Assembly: GCA_007125545.1 (NCBI GenBank)
Contig: SLDA01000197.1
Location: 1 to 52,885 of the forward strand
DNA: 52,885 nt
Source of the DNA: Thermoflexales bacterium
GTDB taxonomy: Bacteria; Chloroflexota; Anaerolineae; B4-G1; SLSP01
Reading direction: 5' to 3'
The translations under genes and the position numbers were made by a program. This document shows positions 1 to 7,856 of this stretch, piece by piece (the stretch's first letter is position 1; the number at the start of each line of letters is the position of its first letter). The notes under the pieces are model-generated. The model searched no databases and had not been told where the DNA came from. It was given only the letters and a program-made list of their open reading frames with translations.

Positions 1-2
1 GT

Positions 3-572
3 ATGGGAGACATCAGTAGTGAGGCTGTCGTCAACCGTTTGGAGCAGCGCATTCGCGAACGCGAGGAGGATGAGCGTGATGAATGGCCGGAGGAGGATGC
101 TGTACCGCCGGCTCCTGAGATTGAGACGACCGGCATTAACATCCGTGGGACCGGGGGTGTGCTTACGCACCTCGCGCAGTGCTGCCATCCGCTACCCGGC
201 GAGGAGATCATTGGGTATATCACACGTGGACGCGGCGTGACAATCCACAAGCGTGACTGTCCAAATGTTCTGAATATGCCGCAGTCCGATCAGGACCGGC
301 TGATTGAGGTGGCCTGGGGTGAAGAAGAGCGTACCTTCGCTGTACAAGTTACGATTATGGCTTACGATCGTTCAGGCTTGCTTCACGATATCTCTGGGGT
401 GGTGGCCGAGCGGAAGATCAATATGACAGCAGTCAGTACCGGTAAGCGTGATCGTTACAATATCATTCCGGTCTTTATGACGCTTGAGATTCCTGACTTG
501 AGAACGCTGGCGCGCATTTTGTCCAAGATTGAGCAGATACCGAACATCATCGACGCGCGACGGAGCGTCTAG
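3..572 (+). CDS. rel: RelA/SpoT-family (p)ppGpp synthetase/hydrolase, C-terminal fragment (5' end lies outside the window)
   Basis: The ORF is open to the window start. It has the conserved Cys/His block HLAQCCHPLPGEEIIGYITRGRGVTIHKRDCPN, followed by an ACT/RRM-like block VQVTIMAYDRSGLLHDISGVV typical of long RSH C-termini. Confidence 0.85.
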   Translation: MGDISSEAVVNRLEQRIREREEDERDEWPEEDAVPPAPEIETTGINIRGTGGVLTHLAQCCHPLPGEEIIGYITRGRGVTIHKRDCPNVLNMPQSDQDRLIEVAWGEEERTFAVQVTIMAYDRSGLLHDISGVVAERKINMTAVSTGKRDRYNIIPVFMTLEIPDLRTLARILSKIEQIPNIIDARRSV

Positions 573-606
573 CGCTGCCTTCACGGGTTAGTATGAAGAA
601 CAAAAA

Positions 607-640
607 ACCGGGCCCTGGAAAGGGCCCGGTTACTGTTTTC
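607..640. terminator. Bidirectional rho-independent-type terminator between convergent genes
   Basis: A 9-bp GC stem accgggccc/gggcccggt with loop tggaaa. It is preceded by aaaaaa and followed by tactgttttc, so a U-tract is available on either strand. Confidence 0.7.
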
Positions 641-666
641 GGTGTATATATGGGTAGGCAAATACG

Positions 667-1863
667 CTATCGGGTTACGAGCGCTGCTTGCCAATCCAGA
701 TATTCGGCATGCTCGGCCTTGGCCCTCTCCAGCCAATTCTCGTAAGCTTCATCTCCAGCCTGAGCAACGAAATCCTGGCTCAACTCTCGTACCTCGCGTC
801 CACTTACATAGACCACGTAGTATCGGCCATCCTGGCCTCGAACTACCGTCGACGCCCTACCCACTGACGTATTGAACGCGGCTTTCTCGACGTCGATGCC
901 TACTTGCGATGATAGGTAACCCGCTGGAAGCCAGGGAAGGGAGTAGGCCGCGGTGGACGGATCTTCGTCCATAAGGAATTCCTCCCCAAGTTCCTCCGGA
1001 TCCTCATTGTCCTCGACCAAGCGAATTCGCGCAGCCTCGGCGGCTTCTTCGGTTTCGAGACTGAACAGGACAATTTCTACCTGTTCCTGTTCCAGTGGTA
1101 TACCCTCTGCCATTTCATTGCGCAGTTGCTGGCGGAGTATGCTGGCTCGTACCATGTCGCGGAAATCCTGCTCGGCAAAGCGGGAAGGCTGCAGCACATT
1201 GGTCCTGAACTGCCGGTAGATGTCGTTGAAGTCCTCCACCGGTGCCAAGGGCGCGACAGGGTCTGTGAGGGTGTCCGTGTCGGTCAGGGGATTTGTGGGA
1301 TTGGGATCGTAGCCGAGAAGGAGCTGAATTTCCTCCTCCATCCGCTCATCCGATATGGTGAGGCCGCGTTCCGCGGCTTCCTCACGTACCAACGTCTCTT
1401 CGATCATACGGTCGAGAACTTGCCCGCCGAAGACTGGTGCCAGGTCCGGAGAGAGTTGGCGTTCGAGACTGCCTAGCTGCAGTTGAAGTTGTTGAATAAG
1501 GGAGGCGAGCCCTGGATCGGCTTCAGGATCGTCAGAGTCAGGTAATAGTCCCGCCGTCTGTTGGGCTGCCAACTGGGACAGGTAACTCTGGTACTGAAAA
1601 ATCTGCATCTCGGTCATCCACCGTTCATAGCTTTGGCGTGCCCGATAATCCTGTGTGGTGATAACCGTGTCACCGACCTTGGCGACAGGTCGTCGTGCCT
1701 TGATGAAGACCTCGGTGACGACACCGTAGATCAGGATGGCCAAGATCACGACGCCCAAGCTGCCCGCAATTATGGTGATGAGGCGCTGTGCACGAAATTC
1801 CTTTTCTCGGCGTGCAACCTGGCGACGCGTTAACTGCTTCTCGGAGCGTTTTTGCTTTGCCAT
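667..1863 (-). CDS. Membrane-anchored SurA/PpiD-like chaperone-domain protein (no PPIase motif seen)
   Basis: 398-aa ORF. It has a basic N-terminus, one TM helix (LITIIAGSLGVVILAILIYGVV), then VAKVGDTVITTQDYRARQ, typical of SurA N-terminal-domain proteins. It lies downstream of rpsR on the same strand. Confidence 0.55.
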   Translation of the reverse strand: MAKQKRSEKQLTRRQVARREKEFRAQRLITIIAGSLGVVILAILIYGVVTEVFIKARRPVAKVGDTVITTQDYRARQSYERWMTEMQIFQYQSYLSQLAAQQTAGLLPDSDDPEADPGLASLIQQLQLQLGSLERQLSPDLAPVFGGQVLDRMIEETLVREEAAERGLTISDERMEEEIQLLLGYDPNPTNPLTDTDTLTDPVAPLAPVEDFNDIYRQFRTNVLQPSRFAEQDFRDMVRASILRQQLRNEMAEGIPLEQEQVEIVLFSLETEEAAEAARIRLVEDNEDPEELGEEFLMDEDPSTAAYSLPWLPAGYLSSQVGIDVEKAAFNTSVGRASTVVRGQDGRYYVVYVSGREVRELSQDFVAQAGDEAYENWLERAKAEHAEYLDWQAALVTR

Positions 1864-1892
1864 ACTTACTTGGTTTCCTGTATATAACTAAG

Positions 1893-1922
1893 CATCGGGC
1901 ATAGGGATCCCTATGCCCGATG
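1893..1922 (-). repeat. 30-bp perfect palindrome (intercistronic hairpin) between rpsR and the SurA-like gene
   Basis: catcgggcataggga/tccctatgcccgatg is perfectly self-complementary and centred on GGATCC. No U-tract follows on the transcribed (minus) strand. Confidence 0.6.
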
Positions 1923-1937
1923 ACTGGTAACGGTAAC

Positions 1938-2189
1938 CTAACGATCGAGCTCTGCCACGAAGGGCAGAAGGGCGATGTGTCGCGCTCGCTTGATTGCGAC
2001 AGCCAGTCTGCGCTGATGCTTGGCGCAGGTACCGGTCTGGCGACGTGGGCGTATCTTGCCCCGGTCACTAATACTACGTTGCAAGAGAGAAAGGTTCTTG
2101 TAGTCGATATCGGCTGCATCTTCAGTGCAGAATTGGCAAACTTTGCGACGGCTGGGAAAACGCCGGCGTCGGCGTCTATAATCGCTCAC
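1938..2189 (-). CDS. rpsR: 30S ribosomal protein S18
   Basis: [64 protein letters not shown] matches the S18 signature. It occupies the classic S6-SSB-S18 position. Confidence 0.95.
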   Translation of the reverse strand: MSDYRRRRRRFPSRRKVCQFCTEDAADIDYKNLSLLQRSISDRGKIRPRRQTGTCAKHQRRLAVAIKRARHIALLPFVAELDR

Positions 2190-2227
2190 GCTTATGCTCT
2201 CCTTAAACTATCTCTTTTTCTATCGTA

Positions 2228-2617
2228 CTAGAATGCCTCAACGGCATCGAGTTCATCATCATAGTCCAGACTCTCCGCACTGTCCCTGCTGTCGAGGAAA
2301 ATCAACTCCTGGGCAACCAATTCAGTTCGGTAGTAATGCTCGCCGTCTGGTCCGTCCCACGAACGCGTCTGCAATCGTCCCTCTACATAGACCTGCGAGC
2401 CCTTGTGAAGGCGCTTCTTACAGAGTTCGGCCAGCCCACCCCACGTAACTACATGAAACCACTCGGTCTCTTCCTGCCGTTCGCCCTCGATGTTAGTCCA
2501 CCCTCGGGTGGTAGCGACGCTGAAGGCAGCCACCGGACGGCCAGTAGAGGTGAATCGCATCTCGGGATCGCGCCCCAGATGCCCGATGATCATTACTTTG
2601 TTGAGACCGCGTGTCAT
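2228..2617 (-). CDS. ssb: Single-stranded DNA-binding protein
   Basis: MTRGLNKVMIIGHLGRDPEMRFTSTGRPVAAFSVATTR is an OB-fold signature. The acidic C-terminal tip is DYDDELDAVEAF. The gene lies between rpsF and rpsR. Confidence 0.93.
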   Translation of the reverse strand: MTRGLNKVMIIGHLGRDPEMRFTSTGRPVAAFSVATTRGWTNIEGERQEETEWFHVVTWGGLAELCKKRLHKGSQVYVEGRLQTRSWDGPDGEHYYRTELVAQELIFLDSRDSAESLDYDDELDAVEAF

Positions 2618-2659
2618 AGACTAGACCCCTAGGTGAATGATCGACTCTGCAAATGGCGG

Positions 2660-3067
2660 CTATTCTTCATCATCCTCGTCGTCATCGTCAAGATCGTCAT
2701 CTTCGTCATCATCATAGTCGTCGCGTCTTGTGGGGAGCGTCGGCAACTCGACCGGTTCAGCCCCCGTGGGGATAGGACCTTCCGTACGGGTGATCAAGTG
2801 CCGAAGGATCTCTTCAACGATGCGAAGATTTTGATCCAGATCGTTGATCGCCTCGGGGTCTGCTGCGAAGTGTACTAAGTAGTAACGACCTTCACGCTGT
2901 CCCTTGATTATGTAGGCCAACCGCCGCATTCCCCAACTCTTAAAGCTGAGTACCTCGGCGCTTATACCTTCCAAATACCGCTGAACACGCTCGACTAGGG
3001 CCTCAAGCCCTTCCTCGCTTAGTTCAGGACTAGCAATAAACATCAGTTCGTAGTTTCGTGTTTCCAA
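2660..3067 (-). CDS. rpsF: 30S ribosomal protein S6 with an encoded poly-acidic C-terminal tail
   Basis: The sequence contains RNYELMFIASPELSEEG...WGMRRLAYIIKGQREGRYYLVHF. It has a TTG start with GGAGAGGAGG about 13 nt upstream. The last 22 residues are almost all D/E. Confidence 0.93.
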   Translation of the reverse strand: METRNYELMFIASPELSEEGLEALVERVQRYLEGISAEVLSFKSWGMRRLAYIIKGQREGRYYLVHFAADPEAINDLDQNLRIVEEILRHLITRTEGPIPTGAEPVELPTLPTRRDDYDDDEDDDLDDDDEDDEE

Positions 3068-3174
3068 GACGGTTTTGCCTCCTCTCCATGGGTTTACCCC
3101 TGATCCTATGTCAGGGGCAGAAAGCCCGTCTCATGCATACTGGCGAATCATACCACAATTCAGGGGATAAACAA
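3068..3174 (-). promoter_or_regulatory. rpsF operon promoter (TTGTTT-16-TGgTATGAT) plus a ~70-nt structured leader
   Basis: On the minus strand the -35 TTGTTT is at plus 3169-3174 and the extended -10 TGGTATGAT is at plus 3147-3155. The leader contains hairpin cccctga/tcagggg (3097-3117). S6:S18-binding leaders are known upstream of rpsF, but I cannot verify the motif by eye. Confidence 0.45.
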
Positions 3175-3185
3175 GGTAAAGGCGA

Positions 3186-3697
3186 TGGGCCTGAGTCGGT
3201 CTGTAAGCCGGATTCTGTTGACCACTGCGGGTTCCTGACCGGGGTCATTCACCCAGTGGCCCGGTGATCATCTATCTAGGAGAGCAGTCACCCGCTCTCT
3301 CCAGCAGCCTACCCGAAGGTTGCTTCCCCCTCTGAGTCCGATGACGTCACACTGTGACGACATCATTCGCAGACATCGAGGAAGAGGGCACGGGCCGCGC
3401 CCCAGCGTATAGCTTTCCCCTCTGCTTGGCCTTGCTCCCGGTGGGGGTTACCTGGCCGCACCGGTTACCCGGCACGCCGGTGGTCTCTTACACCACCTTT
3501 TCACCCTTACGTCGTCCTGACCATAGCCCTGCTGTGCAGGGAAGGGAGTGGCGACGCGGTCTGTTTCTGTGGCCCTATCCGCGAGTCACCTCGCCCGGGA
3601 ATTACCCGGCACCGTACCCTGTGGAGTCCGGACTTTCCTCGCCTTGCACGGGTTACCCCGCCAAGCCGCGATCCCCCGACCTACTCAGGCCTTCACT
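3186..3697 (-). ncRNA. rnpB: RNase P RNA, bacterial type A, unusually long (~510 nt)
   Basis: The minus strand reads GAGGAAAGTCCGGACTCCACAGGG (P4 5' strand), ACAGAAACAGACCGC, AGGGTGAAAAGGTGGTGTAAGAGACCACCG, GGAGCAAGGCCAAG, GGGTAGGCTGCT and ACAGAATCCGGCTTACAG, in the same order as E. coli M1 RNA. The ends pair as P1: GGCCTGAGTAGGTC with GACCGACTCAGGCC. End coordinates are accurate to about 5 nt. Confidence 0.9.
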
Positions 3698-3704
3698 AAT
3701 CCTT

Positions 3705-3732
3705 ATCTTACCGTATACGGCACTTTCGTCAA
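3705..3732 (-). promoter_or_regulatory. Putative rnpB promoter TTGACG-16-TAAGAT
   Basis: On the minus strand TTGACG is at plus 3727-3732 and TAAGAT is at plus 3705-3710. This places the transcription start about 7 nt downstream, at the start of the predicted P1 helix. Confidence 0.5.
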
Positions 3733-3741
3733 CCAGAGCCG

Positions 3742-4959
3742 TCAGGAAAGGGGCTTTAGATGCCACAAGATCGCCTCAGGCGGCGCGAGAAACCGAGCGC
3801 GCGGCGCGCCCAATCCCTCGAGTCCCAGTCCTCGGGAGATGTAGAGTAGGATGCCGTCTTCGAGATATCGTCCCTGCTCATATCGCTTGCCCCACCGTGA
3901 GCTTGTCGCGACTGCTCCGAAAAAGGGCATCCGGATCTGACCGCCATGTGTGTGCCCGCAGAGGTACAGGTCTAGGCAGAGCCCTCCCAAGAACGGCATA
4001 AGGTCTGGTGTATGGTAGAGTAACATCCGCGGCAAGCCAGGAGGCGCCGCCGCCACTAGCGCTTTCACTGTGTTCACATCCCGCTCGATCCGGTAGGTGC
4101 AGTGTACTCCGGCTAACCAGAGCTCGTGCTTGCCAACACGAACAACGGTGGTCTCGTCGTCTAGCCACCGGATCGGCAGATCTGCAAAGATCGCCGGAAC
4201 GATATTCTCCCGGTCCACGACAGGACTTCCCCCGATGGCGTAGACGCCGGCAGGGAACAGCGGGGCTAGTTGGGCCAATAGGTCGCGTACACCCTGTTGC
4301 GCTTCAGGATCGTAAACTGAGGACAGGCTCATATAGTCGCCGGTCAGCACCAGCATATCCGCCGGATGTGCCTCAACCAAGTCCAGGAGTCGCGCCTCGC
4401 GGAGCGAAGCACGCTCAAAGTGAATATCTGATAGATGCAATACGCGGACCCGCTCGCTGCCTGCCCAATTGGACACGCCATATTCCTGCTCGGTGAGCTG
4501 TATGCGGAAAGGCTCGATCCAGGTGGCGTAGATGGCAAGTGCGGAGATGCCGAGATTGAGCAGAGTGACCGCTCCGAGAGAACCTGGCCCAGAAGTGAGC
4601 ATCCCGGTCGTCCAGAAGCTGGCACAGCGGATGAGTGTGAGCCCCATAAGTGGCGGTGTCACTGGCCCCCAAGAGCGCTTGGTAACCGGCAGAAGGGACA
4701 GCATCAGCACGTCTGAGGTCAGAAAAAGCCCAAATACAAGGCCCGAGGCGAGACGCAGCTCTGCCCAGGGCCACGCCGCAACCAGCGCAAGCACAATCCA
4801 GAGCGGTGTAAGAAAGACGGGGGAGACACGGCCTAGCCGACCGGTGATCACCAGGGCGTGGTGCACCCACGAACGGCTCCCATCCTCCCGGTCTGGTGGG
4901 ATCTCGTCAAGGTTCAAGTCTTGAGCTTTGCGGGATTGGCGTGGCGACAAGCTGATCAC
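3742..4959 (-). CDS. Membrane-anchored metallophosphoesterase (calcineurin-like, YaeI-type)
   Basis: The N-terminal half has several hydrophobic helices. The catalytic motifs LHLSDIHFE, LVLTGDY and GHTHGGQIR are present. Confidence 0.85.
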   Translation of the reverse strand: MISLSPRQSRKAQDLNLDEIPPDREDGSRSWVHHALVITGRLGRVSPVFLTPLWIVLALVAAWPWAELRLASGLVFGLFLTSDVLMLSLLPVTKRSWGPVTPPLMGLTLIRCASFWTTGMLTSGPGSLGAVTLLNLGISALAIYATWIEPFRIQLTEQEYGVSNWAGSERVRVLHLSDIHFERASLREARLLDLVEAHPADMLVLTGDYMSLSSVYDPEAQQGVRDLLAQLAPLFPAGVYAIGGSPVVDRENIVPAIFADLPIRWLDDETTVVRVGKHELWLAGVHCTYRIERDVNTVKALVAAAPPGLPRMLLYHTPDLMPFLGGLCLDLYLCGHTHGGQIRMPFFGAVATSSRWGKRYEQGRYLEDGILLYISRGLGLEGLGAPRARFLAPPEAILWHLKPLS

Positions 4960-5028
4960 TCGCTTGATGATAGACGGACAGGGTCAAACGCGTCTGCCGT
5001 CCGGGATGCCCACCGCCCCCCCCCGGTT

Positions 5029-6078
5029 TCACGACGTTCGCTCGAAAAGCCGCGCGATCTCGTCCCGGGTAAACTTAGGCAGAGCGCGAGTACCCTTGGT
5101 GTCCTGTAACAGCACACCCGGCTGCTCGCGGAGGGCACCAATCTTGACCGCGGGAATGCCGGCGGCTTGAAGCGCCGCCAGAATGTCCACGGCATCTCCC
5201 GGCGGCGACGCAATGAGCAGCGATCCGGATGCGATAAGGCCCAACGGGTCCAAGTCGAGGAACTCGCACAACGCCCGCGTTTCAGGATAGTATGGTAGCG
5301 CCGCAGCCTCGATCACGGCACCCAGCCCCGCTGCTTCGGTCAGCTCGTGGATGCCGGTAGCCACGCCACCCTCCGTCGGGTCGTGCATAGCGTGTACCCG
5401 ACCCGAGGAGGTTGCGATCCTGGCCTCTTTGACGACACTGATGCCTGGCCTATGCAGAAAATCCGCTACCCGGTCGAGCATCGCTGGCGCGAAATGGCCG
5501 GCCAGTCTTTCGCCTAGCTCGCGTGCAATGATCGCAGATCCCTCTACGGCGATGCCTTTGGTCAGGATCAGATGATCGCCTGGCTGCCCGCCGTCAGAAC
5601 GCACCAGCTTGTCCGGAGCAACGTCACCGAGCATCGCGCCCACGGCGATGGGCCGGTCGATAGCATGTGTGATCTCGGTGTGTCCTCCCACAACGCTGAC
5701 ACCCAGCTGTTGTCCGGCTTCGCGGAGTTGGTTGAACACGGTCTCGACATCTAGCCGGTTTGTTTGACCCTCGGGCAGCAGAAGGGTGATGATGAACCAG
5801 CGCGGAGTCGCGCCCAGACAGGCGACATCGTTCGCATTGATGTTCATCACATACCAGCCGATATTGTCGGTTGCAAAGGTGATAGGATCGGTCTTGGCAA
5901 CGAGATAGCGCTCGCCGAAGTCGATGACCGCTGCGTCGCGTCCAAGGCCCGGTCCGAAGATAACGCTGGGATCGCCGTTTGGAAGAGCACGCCCCAATAG
6001 CTCGATTAAGTCTGCCTGGGGCAGTTTTCCAACTGGATAGGGCTCTTGTGGATTTCGACGATTTGGTTCTCTATCCAT
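5029..6078 (-). CDS. AIR synthase-related protein (PurM/ThiL/HypE superfamily)
   Basis: GKLPQADLIELL...GLGRDAAVIDFGERYLVAKTDPITF...NINANDVACLGATPRWF...VSVVGGHTE is the PurM-like fold signature. There is no C-terminal PRIC motif, so it is not HypE. Confidence 0.75.
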   Translation of the reverse strand: MDREPNRRNPQEPYPVGKLPQADLIELLGRALPNGDPSVIFGPGLGRDAAVIDFGERYLVAKTDPITFATDNIGWYVMNINANDVACLGATPRWFIITLLLPEGQTNRLDVETVFNQLREAGQQLGVSVVGGHTEITHAIDRPIAVGAMLGDVAPDKLVRSDGGQPGDHLILTKGIAVEGSAIIARELGERLAGHFAPAMLDRVADFLHRPGISVVKEARIATSSGRVHAMHDPTEGGVATGIHELTEAAGLGAVIEAAALPYYPETRALCEFLDLDPLGLIASGSLLIASPPGDAVDILAALQAAGIPAVKIGALREQPGVLLQDTKGTRALPKFTRDEIARLFERTS

Positions 6079-6114
6079 GGTAGGCTCCAGTTCTGTATAG
6101 TCCTCTTCGTCCGC

Positions 6115-7389
6115 TTACTCGCCTACGAGAATCGCGATCTCATGAATAGCGGAGCTATAGGTCCAACCCGAGGCGTAAATCTTCACTTCGCGCACCGCCG
6201 CTGGATCGATCCCTCGTTCGCGCAACAAGGGGAGGAGGTTCTCCGACTCGTAATCATACCAGGTATCCGTCGGCACTTTGATGTGGCGTGCTTTCCATTC
6301 GCACGTCTGGCAGTAGGGGATATCCGTACCCTCGCGTGTGTAAAAACCCTGGAGCCACTCCCGGATGCCACCAGTCACCTGGTCCACAAATTCAATGCGA
6401 ATCATAATCGGACACTCTGTCCCCACTGAGCCGCAAACCGGCAGCGTTTGGGTACCAATACGGATAAAAGCCCGCACTTGCAGCGAATCAACGCCCCGCA
6501 GATCCAGATTGACCTCTTGCCTGATGCCCGTCTCAGCATGACTTTGGCCCGCGCGCTCAAACTCTACGATGCGGCTTCCGTCTAGCAGTGGAACTTGCAA
6601 GACGCTACCGCCGTTCTCAGCCGGGTCAAAGTGGTCGCTATACGTCATCCAGTACCCCGCGGCTTCTGACGTACGTCCGATATCTTGACGGAAGTTTCCG
6701 TTACGATTCTGCAGTATGTTGCGCTCGCCGACGTAGATCTCTCCCAGCCCGCCTGTTGTGAGGCTGGTCCGCTGCAAAGGCACCAAGACGAAGGCTTGTC
6801 CGCTAGAGGGATCCGAAATCGTGGCGCGTCCCAAACTGACCTTGAGCTCCGTTTGGGACGGCTCGACGACTAGTTTGAATGAGCCTTCTTCCAGATTAAT
6901 GGGACCCTGGGGAGTGAGCACCTGGAACTCCACATCACGTCCATTACCTGTTACTGTTGGGCGCATGTTGACCGCATCGGCCACGTCCAATTGTACGCGA
7001 TAGGGGGCTTCGCTTATCGCGAAGCGTGGAGAGCGAGCATTGCTGATGGAGAGGCTTGTATTGCCGTAAAGCTGAACAGTACCGATTGGAATCTCCGTAT
7101 CATCTGGATGGTAGAAAAGTAGGAGAGCATCACCGTCCTCTGCTAGCCTGACCTTGCCTCGGGCACTAATCTGCACCGGCCTTCCCCTATCGATCACCGT
7201 CCGCGTGCTGTTGTCGGTCGCTTGATAGGTAATGGTGCCCTCACGGCTCTCCAGCACAATAACAAGCGGGCGTGTGCTGTTCTGCAGGTACCAGTTAGCT
7301 GCCAGGGGGATGCCTGTCGCGAGCACGATGCAGGCCGAGAATGCGAGCAGGAGGACAAGCCAGGCCAGACTTTCGGTCTTTCTATACAT
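6115..7389 (-). CDS. Hypothetical N-terminally anchored extracytoplasmic protein (possible FecR-like beta domain; Cys-containing C-terminal domain)
   Basis: 424-aa ORF with a signal-anchor (LAWLVLLLAFSACIVLATGIPLA). The rest is beta-rich. The C-terminus carries four Cys (PVCGSVGTEC...PYCQTCEW). I recognise no family with confidence. Confidence 0.5.
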   Translation of the reverse strand: MYRKTESLAWLVLLLAFSACIVLATGIPLAANWYLQNSTRPLVIVLESREGTITYQATDNSTRTVIDRGRPVQISARGKVRLAEDGDALLLFYHPDDTEIPIGTVQLYGNTSLSISNARSPRFAISEAPYRVQLDVADAVNMRPTVTGNGRDVEFQVLTPQGPINLEEGSFKLVVEPSQTELKVSLGRATISDPSSGQAFVLVPLQRTSLTTGGLGEIYVGERNILQNRNGNFRQDIGRTSEAAGYWMTYSDHFDPAENGGSVLQVPLLDGSRIVEFERAGQSHAETGIRQEVNLDLRGVDSLQVRAFIRIGTQTLPVCGSVGTECPIMIRIEFVDQVTGGIREWLQGFYTREGTDIPYCQTCEWKARHIKVPTDTWYDYESENLLPLLRERGIDPAAVREVKIYASGWTYSSAIHEIAILVGE

Positions 7390-7401
7390 AGATCATGTCG
7401 A

Positions 7402-7704
7402 TCAGTGTCGAATGCGGAAAGTACGATCTTTGCCGGTAGGTTCAGTCCAGTCGAGCTCTACGCGTTCTACTTCGCCATGGCCGGGACCCTGACGAACCTT
7501 TTCGATGAAAGAGCGGAGCCGATTCTCCTTACCCTCTGCCCAGATATCCACAGCGCCGTCGGCGCGATTACGCACCCAGCCATAAACGCCCAGCCGCTGG
7601 GCCTGGGTCCGCGTGAAATACCGGAAGCCAACACCCTGCACACGTCCGTGTACGGTCATTGACACAGCTTTCTGCTCGCTTGTCACGTCATCTGATGTGC
7701 TCAT
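7402..7704 (-). CDS. acyP: Acylphosphatase
   Basis: VHGRVQGVGFRYFTRTQAQRLGVYGWVRNRADGAVDIWAEG is the acylphosphatase signature. The true start may be the internal Met at MTVHGRV. Confidence 0.9.
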   Translation of the reverse strand: MSTSDDVTSEQKAVSMTVHGRVQGVGFRYFTRTQAQRLGVYGWVRNRADGAVDIWAEGKENRLRSFIEKVRQGPGHGEVERVELDWTEPTGKDRTFRIRH

Positions 7705-7856
7705 AGGTTAACCCCTTCCCTTACCTGCCATGATTCTAGCCAACTCCGCGTGGCTGGCAAGTCACAAGCCGCGGTCCAGTAGCGTGCTGTTTGCTCTTGC
7801 GCCTCTGGGACTGCCAACCGACCGAGTCTTTTGTCAGGTATCAGAAGCTGGCTATA

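Noticed and set aside
3354-4001. A 215-aa plus-strand ORF (and the 98-aa ORF at 3548-3844) in the gap between rpsF and the metallophosphoesterase gene.
   Set aside because: The region is occupied on the minus strand by a clearly recognisable RNase P RNA. The ORF products are Pro/Arg/Ser-rich, as is typical of random frames in GC-rich DNA.
5029-7704. A possible cryptic hydrogenase-maturation link: a PurM/HypE-like protein near an acylphosphatase (a HypF-like domain).
   Set aside because: The PurM-like protein lacks the C-terminal Cys (PRIC) motif of HypE. The acylphosphatase is a standalone 100-aa protein, and no hydrogenase or other hyp genes are present. The proximity is probably coincidental.
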